Origin: an uncultured Chlamydiae bacterium
GTDB taxonomy: Bacteria; Chlamydiota; Chlamydiia; Chlamydiales; Parachlamydiaceae
DNA: 64,000 nucleotides
Direction of reading: 5' to 3'
Assembly (NCBI GenBank): GCA_963830365.1
Contig: CAWHMU010000042.1
Location: 32,001 to 96,000, forward strand
Shown: in pieces, positions 40,653-50,073 of the stretch
Layout: every line of letters starts with the position of its first letter
How positions within the stretch are numbered: position 1 is the stretch's first letter
Translations under genes and position numbers: made by a program
The notes under the pieces: generated by a model
Seen by the model: the letters and a program-made list of their open reading frames with translations, nothing else
Told to the model about the DNA's origin: nothing
Databases searched by the model: none

Positions 40653-42035
40653 ATGAAAGCTAAAAAGCCCTTTAAGAAAGCCCTGTTTATCTTTAGAAGG
40701 GATCTGCGCCTGGAAGACAATACAGGGCTTAGCTATGCGCTGGAAAATGCCGATGAAGTCATTCCCTGTTTTATTTTTACGCCCGAGCAGATAGACCATA
40801 ACGCTTACCGCAGCGACCACTGTTTGCAATTCATGCTCGAGAGTTTGGAGGATCTGGCCGGCGCTGTCAAAGCCAAGGGGGGGAGGCTGCATTTCTTTCA
40901 TGACCGGCCCGAAAATGTGGTGGCCAAATGCATCGAAGAGTTGCATGTCGATGCCGTGGTGGTAAACCGCGACTACACACCTTACAGCAGCAAGCGGGAC
41001 CGCAAGATCGATGATGTATGCCTTAGGTTGGGAGCCTCGTTGCACTCCTTTGATGACGTGCTTTTAAACCCGCCGGAGCAGACCTTGAAAGGCGATGGCA
41101 AGCCATATTCGATTTTCACCCCCTATTACCGCAATGCCTCCCGCCTGGCTGTGCGCCTGCCCGTGGCCAACCGGCATGCCAATTACTGCGCCGGTCCCAT
41201 TTCCTTTGCGGAGGGGAATAGCTTGTATCATAAGATCCTCCCAAAACGCCTGCTGAAACCCAGTGGAGGCAGGGATGCGGCTCTGGAAATACTTACAGGA
41301 TTGAAGAAGTTTTCCGATTATCCTGTATCCAGGAATACGCCGGCGATTGAGGGAACGACGCGTCTTTCAGCCCATCTTAAATTCACCACCATTTCGCCAA
41401 GAGAAGCCTATTGGGCGGTGACCAAGCAGCTAGGTGCGGCATCAGAGCTCATCAGGTCGCTATACTGGCGGGATTTTTTCACTTCGATCGCCTTCTACTA
41501 CCCGGAAGTATTTGCATCAGCCTTTCATGCCAAGTACAACCGGCTCGAGTGGAGCCATGACGAAGGCGTTTTCAGAAGATGGTGTGAAGGCCAAACTGGC
41601 TTCCCCATCGTCGATGCCGGCATGCGGGAGCTGCTGCATACAGGATTCATGCATAACCGCGTGCGCATGGTGGTGGCAAGCTTCCTTGTCAAAGATCTGC
41701 ATATCGATTGGAGATGGGGCGAGAAATATTTTGCCAGGATGCTGATTGATTACGATCCGGCCGTCAATAACGGCAATTGGCAATGGGCGGCAAGTACCGG
41801 CTGCGATGCCCAGCCTTATTTTCGCATTTTCAATCCCTGGCTGCAGGGGTTGAAGTTCGATCCTGACTGTGTGTATATCAAACGCTGGCTGCCTGAACTG
41901 GCATCACTACCCCCTGCCACCATTCATAAATGGCATATGGAGAAATATAGGCCGGCATGCCCTGCCTATCCGGCCCCTATCGCCGATCATGCCACAGAAG
42001 CTAAAGCGGCGCTTGCCGCTTACAAGCGCTGCTAG
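40653..42035 (+). CDS. phrB: Deoxyribodipyrimidine photolyase (class I CPD photolyase/cryptochrome family)
   Basis: FRRDLRLEDN, GQTGFPIVDAGMRELLHTGFMHNRVRM, NNGNWQW, YFRIFNP. Confidence 0.92.
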   Translation: MKAKKPFKKALFIFRRDLRLEDNTGLSYALENADEVIPCFIFTPEQIDHNAYRSDHCLQFMLESLEDLAGAVKAKGGRLHFFHDRPENVVAKCIEELHVDAVVVNRDYTPYSSKRDRKIDDVCLRLGASLHSFDDVLLNPPEQTLKGDGKPYSIFTPYYRNASRLAVRLPVANRHANYCAGPISFAEGNSLYHKILPKRLLKPSGGRDAALEILTGLKKFSDYPVSRNTPAIEGTTRLSAHLKFTTISPREAYWAVTKQLGAASELIRSLYWRDFFTSIAFYYPEVFASAFHAKYNRLEWSHDEGVFRRWCEGQTGFPIVDAGMRELLHTGFMHNRVRMVVASFLVKDLHIDWRWGEKYFARMLIDYDPAVNNGNWQWAASTGCDAQPYFRIFNPWLQGLKFDPDCVYIKRWLPELASLPPATIHKWHMEKYRPACPAYPAPIADHATEAKAALAAYKRC

Positions 42036-43147
42036 TTGGTGTTTGTCAGCATTTCATTGATTTTGCCGGCGAGGGGGGCTGAATTCCATAAGCCGTCGTT
42101 ATGACCTTCAGCAATGCCAATGAAGCATTTGTTCTGTTTTGGGCAATCATTATCTTCCATTAGGTGCTTGGCTAGGGTGGCTTCGGCTGGGATGACGCCG
42201 TCGTTTCTACTAATTAAATCGGGACGATTGGAAATATCTACGTATTTTCCTTTGGGAACCGCGGCCGTCTGCATGATGATCTCAGGAGCTTTCAACTGTT
42301 TTGATGATGCCATGGTAGTGATATTCCAGCCGAGCAGCTTTACCAATAAACCGACGGGACGAGCGACGATCTTTGCTGCCACTGTGCTGAGATCGGAAAA
42401 GGTGCGGCTTTTGACAAAGACGTATTTGATCCCATCTTTCAGGAGGTGAGCATTCAAAGCCTCGCCTTGAATGGCGGCGCCGATGGAATGGCCATAGCCG
42501 ATGATGACTTTGGCGCCGATACCCAGCTTTTGATCTTCCAGGAAGGCTAACACGGCGCGGTAAGCTTTAGCCATCGCCTGCCTGTTTGGCAGGCCGGAGC
42601 TTGAACCCACGCCTGGATAATTGAATAGGATGGCATTGCCATCGACGTGGGTTAAAATTTGCTTGAACGAGGCGTCGCTTAAGTTGTCTTCATAAAACTC
42701 ACCATTGCCGTTTGAGGCTAGCAGCCAGCGGCCGTTGCCAAGGGTTGAGGCTCTTCCCATAATGGCAGCATCGATTTTATAGCCGTCCACTTCAATCATC
42801 AGGCGTTTTACTTTCCAATCGCTCTGTAAGTTGACGGCTTTGCGGCTGTCATCGGCATGGGTTGGTTCGTATCCTAAAAGGCTTGGCTTGGATGCCGGCA
42901 CGATAATTTTCCCTCCAAGGGAATGCAGCAGGCGGTAGATGCCGATGGGGAAAATGATGACGGATAAGATGTCTTTAACGCAGCGCCAAACTTTGGTTTC
43001 TGTATCGTATCGATAGGCCGGGGATTTTAATGTTTCAGAGGAAGCCAGTTCGTCTTTGGTCGCTTTGGGATAATCTATTTGATTATAAAAAGCCTGAGGT
43101 CCTGTCAACACCCGGTTTATCGGCAGATCGTTAAATGACATATACAT
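42032..43147 (-). CDS. Chlamydial CPn0927/CPn0928-type alpha/beta hydrolase
   Basis: RWLLASNGNGEFYE, FNYPGVGSSSG, GHSIGA, VKSRTFSDLS. Confidence 0.8.
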   Translation of the reverse strand: MYMSFNDLPINRVLTGPQAFYNQIDYPKATKDELASSETLKSPAYRYDTETKVWRCVKDILSVIIFPIGIYRLLHSLGGKIIVPASKPSLLGYEPTHADDSRKAVNLQSDWKVKRLMIEVDGYKIDAAIMGRASTLGNGRWLLASNGNGEFYEDNLSDASFKQILTHVDGNAILFNYPGVGSSSGLPNRQAMAKAYRAVLAFLEDQKLGIGAKVIIGYGHSIGAAIQGEALNAHLLKDGIKYVFVKSRTFSDLSTVAAKIVARPVGLLVKLLGWNITTMASSKQLKAPEIIMQTAAVPKGKYVDISNRPDLISRNDGVIPAEATLAKHLMEDNDCPKQNKCFIGIAEGHNDGLWNSAPLAGKINEMLTNTN

Positions 43148-43310
43148 GCTCCGTAGCTAGATGGATTGTTTCTTTTATTAAGTATTATATCATAAAAATG
43201 TTAAGAAATTATAAATTGATGGGTTTTTGTCAATCAACAGTATACCATGATCTAGTGAGAATTTGACATATTGGACAGCGCGAAAGCTCCCGCGGTTGCA
43301 TGATCGTAAG

Positions 43311-43455
43311 AGTCATGTTCACCTTCACAGAAAAACCTTCGGTCACGATAAATCTATTCTCTCTGTGCTCTCCGTTACTCTGTGTTTCAAAAAAATCAAA
43401 CACAGAGGCACAGAGAGCACGGAGGGAAAACTTGTCCGGTTGGGTGAACAACGCC
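43311..43455. mobile_element. MITE family F inserted into the left end of a family A-core element (~43456-43641)
   Basis: Inverted copy of 18443-18585; perfect TSD ATCGTAAG (43303-43310, 43456-43463); adjacent GTAAGTTCTCAAAAACTCATGGCA/TGCCATGAGTTTTTGAGAACTTAC IR. Confidence 0.85.
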
Positions 43456-43705
43456 ATCGTAAGTTCTCAAAAACTCATGGCACAGCTTTCGGCAGCATGG
43501 CTTGAGGTCAGGCTTGCGATTTGCGATTTGAAAGAAGTCTGGCTTTCTAATGCCCTGTAGGACTTTCAAATCACAAATCACAAGGCAGACCCCAATTCTT
43601 AAGTCACCACCTTTGCCATGAGTTTTTGAGAACTTACTACCAATCTATAGTGCAGGCATCAGCCGCTAAATAATTTCAACTAGATGCTGGGATACATACG
43701 TTCCT

Positions 43706-44317
43706 TCAAAAAATATTTTTTATTGAAAGAGCGATGATCACGAAGAATATAACGGTTACCAATGCAGCTAGATAACCCAGCAGCACAAAGGCACCGTCAT
43801 CTTCCAACAAGCCTAAGGCGATAAAAAAAATGGACCAGGCCGCTGCCAGATTGGTGAGGGGAATAGGCAAAGGCAAAGCCAGAAAGATGCCCAGCATAAA
43901 AATGGTTAGGCCGTTGGTACTTTGCATGGGCGATGAATGACATATCCAGCTTAGGCGGGGATGGATCCAGCCTTTCATTTTTCTTAGTATGCGAAGCGCT
44001 TTGTCGGTGATTTTCTGCAGCGTTTCGGCGGTGATGGTTTTGGAGAGAACTGCCTTTGGCAGCCAGGTATACTTGCCAAACACCATTCTCAGACCAACAA
44101 AAGCGATAGTCAGACCGAAAGGCGTTGACAAACCAGGAATTTGGATAGGCTGGCAAAAAGGCAAACTCAAAAAGATGAGGATCAAAGCCCGCCCTTTACC
44201 CGAAAGTCGCTGCAAGATCTCTTTAATGGAGATAGGCGCAGATTTTGCCTCCTGCTGCAAAAGCAAAATCTCTTCTTCCAAGGGTCTGAAGGTTTCAATT
44301 TTTTTCATCGGATGCAA
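43706..44317 (-). CDS. ExoD-family membrane protein
   Basis: LPFCQPIQIPG, LALPLPIPLTN, LEDDG. Confidence 0.88.
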   Translation of the reverse strand: MHPMKKIETFRPLEEEILLLQQEAKSAPISIKEILQRLSGKGRALILIFLSLPFCQPIQIPGLSTPFGLTIAFVGLRMVFGKYTWLPKAVLSKTITAETLQKITDKALRILRKMKGWIHPRLSWICHSSPMQSTNGLTIFMLGIFLALPLPIPLTNLAAAWSIFFIALGLLEDDGAFVLLGYLAALVTVIFFVIIALSIKNIF

Positions 44318-44330
44318 TCGGGCTTGCCTT

Positions 44331-45821
44331 TTAAATGCCGAAGAAGGCCATGATTTTGGCTGTCAGCTGCTTCTTGCGTTCCTCCGTCAGGCGGAGTTCC
44401 TCTTCTGTCTTTGTCTTATGCACATCAAGGGCCATCTGACGGGAGGCTAAGACATCGCTTATATTTGTAAGGACCGCTGGGTTGGACTTGAAGACGACCA
44501 TCATGTCGCGTTTTTCGATCTCATAGCAAACGGTGTCGGTCAAGGCCTTGACAGTGGCTGAGCGTGGGGCTCCGGTCAATAGGGACATTTCGCCGAAGAA
44601 CTGCCTGGATTTAAGTTTTGCCACTTCAGTTTCTACCCCGCCTTCAATTTTTAATATAATGCTGCATTCTCCCTCTTTAATGACGTACATAGGGCCGGGT
44701 TCATCGCCCTGGCGGACGATGGTTTCTCCTGCGGCAAACTGCAGTACGGCAAGCGTCGGTATGAATTCCTTTTTAACTTCAGGGGAAAGGCCGGCAAAGA
44801 TATCGATCTTGGAAAGGATATCATCCATAATTTCTTCTTCATCGGCCCGTTCCAGTTGTTGTTTTTCTTTGGCGTCGCCGGCTAAGATCTCTAAGCTTTC
44901 ATAAATTGGAAAGGGGATTTTTATACCCTCGCGGTGGAATTTGTACCAGATCGCACTTAGCAAATCAGATTTGACCCAGCCTTCGAATTCAAAATTCGGT
45001 GTTGTAAATGTAGCTTTATAAACGATGGACGAATCGCCGTATTTGGCGATTCGAACAAGCGGTGGAGGATTTGAGACGATCTTTGGATGCTCTAGCATGA
45101 TGGATAATAAGGCCTGTTTAACTTTATGTGGGGGGTGATCGAAGCTGGCCATTATTTCGATAGAGCCTTTATGGCTGATCGTGGGGCGGGAGAAATTTAT
45201 AAGCACGGACTTTGAGATTGTGCTGTTGGGGATGAAGACCATTTCCTGTGATCTTGTCAGTATTCGGGTTGATTTCCACGTTATCCCTTGGACAGTGCCT
45301 TCGACGTTGGCTACGCCTATCCAGTCTCCAATTTGATATGGGTGTTCAAGCTGTATGGCCAAACCTGAAATAAGGTTTCCTAGAGTGTCCTGCATGGCAA
45401 AGCCGATGACGGCGGTCAATATGGCAGAGGTCGTCAATAAAGAGCCGATATTGATATCGGTTTTTTGTTTTATGACAACCATTGCAATGATGACAAAGAC
45501 AAGGCCGAGTCCGAAATCTCTTGTGATGGTGGGAATGTTAAGGCCACGTCTCTGTCGCATGAAATAATCAAGCGCTATATAGACAACGAACCGCACAATG
45601 AACATCCAGGCGACAATGATGGCGGCAATTTCCAGTGATGTCGCCGTATTTTCAATCTTTGCATATGCAAAGATCAATGCAGATATCTTTAAAAGAAAAT
45701 ATAAAATTATCAGTCCGAATGGTATCTCTGGCAGCTTGCTCAAAGGTCTTTTTGCCAAGGCGACATAGGCGCCAAAGATCAGCGTTAGTGCTATATACAA
45801 TGTTAAGCGTGTGAAATCCAC
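44331..45821 (-). CDS. MscS mechanosensitive channel with C-terminal cNMP-binding domain
   Basis: GFAMQDTLGNLISG, GDWI, IPNS; FFGEMSLLTGAPRSATV. Confidence 0.92.
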   Translation of the reverse strand: MDFTRLTLYIALTLIFGAYVALAKRPLSKLPEIPFGLIILYFLLKISALIFAYAKIENTATSLEIAAIIVAWMFIVRFVVYIALDYFMRQRRGLNIPTITRDFGLGLVFVIIAMVVIKQKTDINIGSLLTTSAILTAVIGFAMQDTLGNLISGLAIQLEHPYQIGDWIGVANVEGTVQGITWKSTRILTRSQEMVFIPNSTISKSVLINFSRPTISHKGSIEIMASFDHPPHKVKQALLSIMLEHPKIVSNPPPLVRIAKYGDSSIVYKATFTTPNFEFEGWVKSDLLSAIWYKFHREGIKIPFPIYESLEILAGDAKEKQQLERADEEEIMDDILSKIDIFAGLSPEVKKEFIPTLAVLQFAAGETIVRQGDEPGPMYVIKEGECSIILKIEGGVETEVAKLKSRQFFGEMSLLTGAPRSATVKALTDTVCYEIEKRDMMVVFKSNPAVLTNISDVLASRQMALDVHKTKTEEELRLTEERKKQLTAKIMAFFGI

Positions 45822-45941
45822 CTGGCTTTATCCCTTATGCGTTTTTCTGGATTATACTTATTTTACAGTGATTGTCATGGAAATTTTATAAGTTATAAGC
45901 CGTAGATCATAAAAAGGTTCAGAATTTGGCGGTAAGGACTA

Positions 45942-46033
45942 GGTTCATCCGGTTTTGTAGGACTCAAAATCTTGCACCGCTGCCGCGCGGTAGCGGTGTA
46001 AGAGGTTTTGAGTCCTACAAAACCGGATAAGCC
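45942..46033. repeat. Minimal GGTTCATC-ended hairpin element
   Basis: GGTTCATCCGGTTTTGTAGGACTCAAAA..TTTTGAGTCCTACAAAACCGGATAAGCC; related end at ~62068-62089; no TSD seen. Confidence 0.75.
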
Positions 46034-46169
46034 TATTCATTAATTTGAAATTTCGACAGCAGCTTTATATAGTCTTAATACTTATTAGCTATGATAATTG
46101 AAGAAAAGCTGTTATGTTTCATGGTGTTGAATTGTTTGTTGTTGATATTATTATAAAGGGAGGTCTTAG

Positions 46170-47330
46170 ATGAATAGGCTTAAGTCCATCATTTTCTGTG
46201 GGATATCATTGACGTTTTCCTGGCTTGCGGCCACTGAATTTACCATTAGCACCTACAATTGCGGCGGCCTTTCTGACCACTATGATTACTTGCGCGCCAG
46301 CGCGATGCAAAAGGTCATGCAAGAAAGGTATATTGCAGAACCTGAAAGCATGTCCCTGAATGAGAAAATTCAGAAGCTGGCCTTGAAAATTTTATTTACA
46401 GAGAATACAGATGACAAGTTTGCGGCACAACAGGAATGGGATCAAAAAGGATACCAGCATCTTTTTGAACACCTGACAGCTACACCAACTGCGGCCGGTA
46501 GTCCGAATGCAGTATGGAATCAAAGAGTTGACGAAGCCATCACTTCCTACCAGATCCGCCCCGTTGTCATCCACGACGCAGAAATCAATCAAATGCTTGC
46601 AGACCATCTGTCCGATATGACAAAGAACGATGCTGCCGATTCAGCTCAGCTATTACAAGAGGCACGCGCCATCATGGCTAGGCGGATTTTTGCGCACCAG
46701 CTGAAATATGACATCATCTGTCTGCAGGAAGCCGATTATCTTGAGGCGGCGATGTTTCCAACACGCTATGAAGTCTTGTTGGCAGAAACTTCTCATTCCA
46801 AAAATGGCATCGCCTGGAATAAAACACGCTTTGAACTGGTCGAAACGCTTGGAAATATCATGGGTAGGGCCTTTGCCGTCAAATTGCGCGATAAAGACAG
46901 TGGCAAAACACTTTTAGTGGCTTCAGGACATATTACAGGATGTAATCCCTATCGGATCGAGAGATCTCCAAAGACAGGTGTGAGTGATTCTGCTAAAGGC
47001 GATGGCGAACTGCAAACAGTGGTGGAATTGTTTGATACGCAAGCAGCTGATCTGATGCTAGTGGCCATGGATTCCAACGTGACCGCATTGCATCCCCGCC
47101 TAAATATTCTTAAGGATGCCGGCTATAAGCTCGATTATGAGAATTATTTGGAGCCCACATGTACCAATCCCCACCAGGTGCTGAACACGCGCATTGATTG
47201 GATTGCGCTGAAATCAAATCCGGGAATTCAGGCTTCGGTGGTTAATATCCCAGTTTTAAACGTCGGTTTAAATAGCATGCAAACCAATATCAGCGACCAC
47301 AAGCCCATCGCGGCCCGCATAAAATACTAA
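46170..47330 (+). CDS. Exported endonuclease/exonuclease/phosphatase family protein
   Basis: Signal peptide; ISTYN, DIICLQE, MDSN, RIDWI, SDHKPI. Confidence 0.85.
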   Translation: MNRLKSIIFCGISLTFSWLAATEFTISTYNCGGLSDHYDYLRASAMQKVMQERYIAEPESMSLNEKIQKLALKILFTENTDDKFAAQQEWDQKGYQHLFEHLTATPTAAGSPNAVWNQRVDEAITSYQIRPVVIHDAEINQMLADHLSDMTKNDAADSAQLLQEARAIMARRIFAHQLKYDIICLQEADYLEAAMFPTRYEVLLAETSHSKNGIAWNKTRFELVETLGNIMGRAFAVKLRDKDSGKTLLVASGHITGCNPYRIERSPKTGVSDSAKGDGELQTVVELFDTQAADLMLVAMDSNVTALHPRLNILKDAGYKLDYENYLEPTCTNPHQVLNTRIDWIALKSNPGIQASVVNIPVLNVGLNSMQTNISDHKPIAARIKY

Positions 47331-47345
47331 AATATGCTTAAATCG

Positions 47346-47555
47346 GGGTCATCGCACAAACGAGTACCTGGCAGCAAAAATATTGTCACAAAAGCCTTTT
47401 ATTTCTTATCTGTGCGTCTGTGTCTCTGTGGTGAATTGCTTTGCAACTGACAGATTAATAGGGACATAGCACTGTAACAAGATTCACCACAGAGACACAG
47501 AGGCAGAGAGAAAACCAGGATGTATCTCTTTACGTACTCATTTGTTTGATGAACC
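47346..47555. mobile_element. MITE (GGGTCATC ends) with CACAGAG cargo
   Basis: GGGTCATCGCACAAACGAGTAC / GTACTCATTTGTTTGATGAACC; TSD TTAAATCG/TTAAATCT (7/8). Confidence 0.8.
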
Positions 47556-47614
47556 TTAAATCTTTGTTGTTAAAAAAACTTTTAACCCATAAAGATTAAG
47601 GAGAGTCAATCTTT

Positions 47615-48079
47615 ATGCAAAAGGAGCCCTGTATGCCAAATAAAAACCATGCCCCTACCTGGATTGTCGTCGCCGACAACTGCCAGGCTAGAATCTATCG
47701 CCTAGTGAAATTTCCTAAGATTGAAGAAATATCCTTTCATCAGCATCCTGAAAGCCGTTTGCATAACCAAGATTTGGTCTCTTCAAAACCCGGTCGCAGC
47801 ATGCAGCGCGGCGGCACGGTTCGATATTCTTTTGAGCCGGAAACAGAACCAAGACGTCTGGAAGCTGCCAAATTCGCCACCTATCTGGCCAATTTCCTGT
47901 CCTTGGCGGAGAAAAATGGCGAATTCAACCGCCTTTATGTCATGGCCGAACCTTCATTTCTCGGCATATTCCGTCAGCACATCAGTCCTGACATCCAGAA
48001 ACTGATTGTGGCCGAAGTGGCCAAGGAATTCACCTCCTGCGATATGGCAACCATCGAGCATCAGCTTTCCGTGATGTGA
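47615..48079 (+). CDS. Host-attachment (baeRF12-like) family protein
   Basis: TWIVVADNCQARIY, DLVSSKPGR, LYVMAEPSFLG. Confidence 0.85.
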   Translation: MQKEPCMPNKNHAPTWIVVADNCQARIYRLVKFPKIEEISFHQHPESRLHNQDLVSSKPGRSMQRGGTVRYSFEPETEPRRLEAAKFATYLANFLSLAEKNGEFNRLYVMAEPSFLGIFRQHISPDIQKLIVAEVAKEFTSCDMATIEHQLSVM

Positions 48080-48132
48080 TTTATCAAGCGCGGCTAGGCG
48101 CGCTTAATTTCTTTTGACAGGGAAGGTTTTTA

Positions 48133-50073
48133 ATGGTTGCTGCTGCACAGGAAAAAGCTAAGGCACCTTCAGTCGGCGTAGAGGGCTATATCGCCATTTT
48201 GGCTTTGTTGAGCATTTTGGCGCATTTAGTGCTGCGGTATTTATTTCCTGCGCTGCAAATATATTCCCTCTATCCTCTTTATCTGACGCTGGCAGTCGGT
48301 GGCGGCATCCTTGTCTTTGATCTTTTAGGCAAGTTATTGGCTTTTGAATTCAATTCCGATTTGCTGGCCGGCATCTCCATCATCACCTCCATCCTGCTGA
48401 GTGAATATTTGGCAGGGTCATTGGTGGTGCTGATGCTTTCGGGCGGGAAAACCATTGAAAGCTATGCTATCAGGTCGGCATCCAGGATGCTTGAGGAGCT
48501 GGCAAAGCGCGCGCCCACGACGGCCCACCGCAAGCAGCAGGAGGGTATCGAAGATATCGCTGTGGAAGCCATTTCCATTGGGGACAGCATCCTGATATTT
48601 CCGCACGAAATCTGCCCGGTGGATGGCGAAGTGCTTACCGGCAATGGCGTGATGGATGAGTCGTACCTGACAGGCGAACCCTTTCTCATTTCAAAAGCCC
48701 CCGGTTCGGAAGTCCTTTCCGGCGCTATCAATGGTGACGCTTCGCTGACAATCAAAGCCACCAAATTGGCCCAAGATTCTCGTTATGCCAAAATCATGCA
48801 GGTGATGTCGGAATCGGCCCAGAAGCGCCCGCGCATGCGGCGCCTTGCCGACCAGTTGGGGGCTTGGTATACACTGGTAGCAGTCGCCATTGCTGTGGTG
48901 GCCTGGTTTTTTAGCGGTGACGCGGTGCGTTTTTTGGCCGTGCTGGTGATAGCGACACCTTGTCCGCTGTTGATCGGCATACCGGTGGCCATCATTGGAT
49001 CGATTTCGCTATGTGCCAAAAGGGGGATTTTAATTAAAAATCCGATCGTGCTTGAACAGATAAGCCAATGCCGGACGATGATTTTCGACAAGACAGGCAC
49101 GCTGACCTATGGCAAGCCGACCTTGACGGAGCAGACCGTCTATGGAAAAAGCCGTCCGCAGGACATTTTAAAGCTTGTCGCCAGTATGGAAAGATATTCC
49201 AAACACCCGCTGGCAGGGGCGATTCTGGCACAGGCTAAAGCAGAGGAGATCCGGCTGATTGATGTCAGGCAAATCAGTGAGAAGAAAGGGGCTGGCCTGC
49301 AAGCCGCTGTGAATGGGCACGAAGTCGCCATCACCAGCCGCAAGCAGCTGGCTAAATTCGGTTTGGAAAAAGATGCCGCCATGCTGCCGCAGGGGGGGGG
49401 GCTTGAATGTGTTATTATTGTCGACGGAGGTTTGGCGGCGCATTACCGTTTTCGGGATGCTCCGCGGGCTGAGAGTGAGTTATTCATACGGCACTTGCGG
49501 CCTAAGCATGGGATAAAAAAAACCATGATCATCTCGGGCGATCGCGAAGAGGAGGTGAAGTATCTGGCTGAGCATGTCGGCATCTCCGAAGTCTATGCCG
49601 GCAAAAGCCCTGAGGAAAAAGTCGAGCTGGTAGCCAAAGAAACGCGGCAGGCCAAAACAGCCTATCTCGGCGATGGCATCAATGATGCCCCTGCCCTGCT
49701 GGCGGCGACGGTTGGGATAGCCTTTGGACGCAATAGCGATATTACAGCGGAGGCCGCAGGGGCTGTTATTATGGACAGCAGCTTGGAAAAGGTCGATGAA
49801 TTTCTGCATATCAGCAAGCGCATGCGCACGGTAGCCCTGCAGAGTGCGCTTGGCGGCATGGGGCTGTCGGTGTTAGGCATGTTTATCGCCGCCTTGGGCT
49901 TTCTTTCACCGGTGGCAGGAGCCATCAGCCAAGAGGTTATCGATGTGCTGGCCGTGCTGAATTCATTAAGGACGATATGGCAGCCGGCCATCATGAGCGA
50001 TATACCGAGGGTGGAAGAAGCACAGCAAGGCACTGTGGGGGTAAATAACAATAAAAACGGTGAAATTGCATGA
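48133..50073 (+). CDS. P1B-type heavy-metal translocating ATPase
   Basis: LTGEP, TPCP, DKTGTLT, HP, GDGINDAPAL. Confidence 0.93.
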   Translation: MVAAAQEKAKAPSVGVEGYIAILALLSILAHLVLRYLFPALQIYSLYPLYLTLAVGGGILVFDLLGKLLAFEFNSDLLAGISIITSILLSEYLAGSLVVLMLSGGKTIESYAIRSASRMLEELAKRAPTTAHRKQQEGIEDIAVEAISIGDSILIFPHEICPVDGEVLTGNGVMDESYLTGEPFLISKAPGSEVLSGAINGDASLTIKATKLAQDSRYAKIMQVMSESAQKRPRMRRLADQLGAWYTLVAVAIAVVAWFFSGDAVRFLAVLVIATPCPLLIGIPVAIIGSISLCAKRGILIKNPIVLEQISQCRTMIFDKTGTLTYGKPTLTEQTVYGKSRPQDILKLVASMERYSKHPLAGAILAQAKAEEIRLIDVRQISEKKGAGLQAAVNGHEVAITSRKQLAKFGLEKDAAMLPQGGGLECVIIVDGGLAAHYRFRDAPRAESELFIRHLRPKHGIKKTMIISGDREEEVKYLAEHVGISEVYAGKSPEEKVELVAKETRQAKTAYLGDGINDAPALLAATVGIAFGRNSDITAEAAGAVIMDSSLEKVDEFLHISKRMRTVALQSALGGMGLSVLGMFIAALGFLSPVAGAISQEVIDVLAVLNSLRTIWQPAIMSDIPRVEEAQQGTVGVNNNKNGEIA

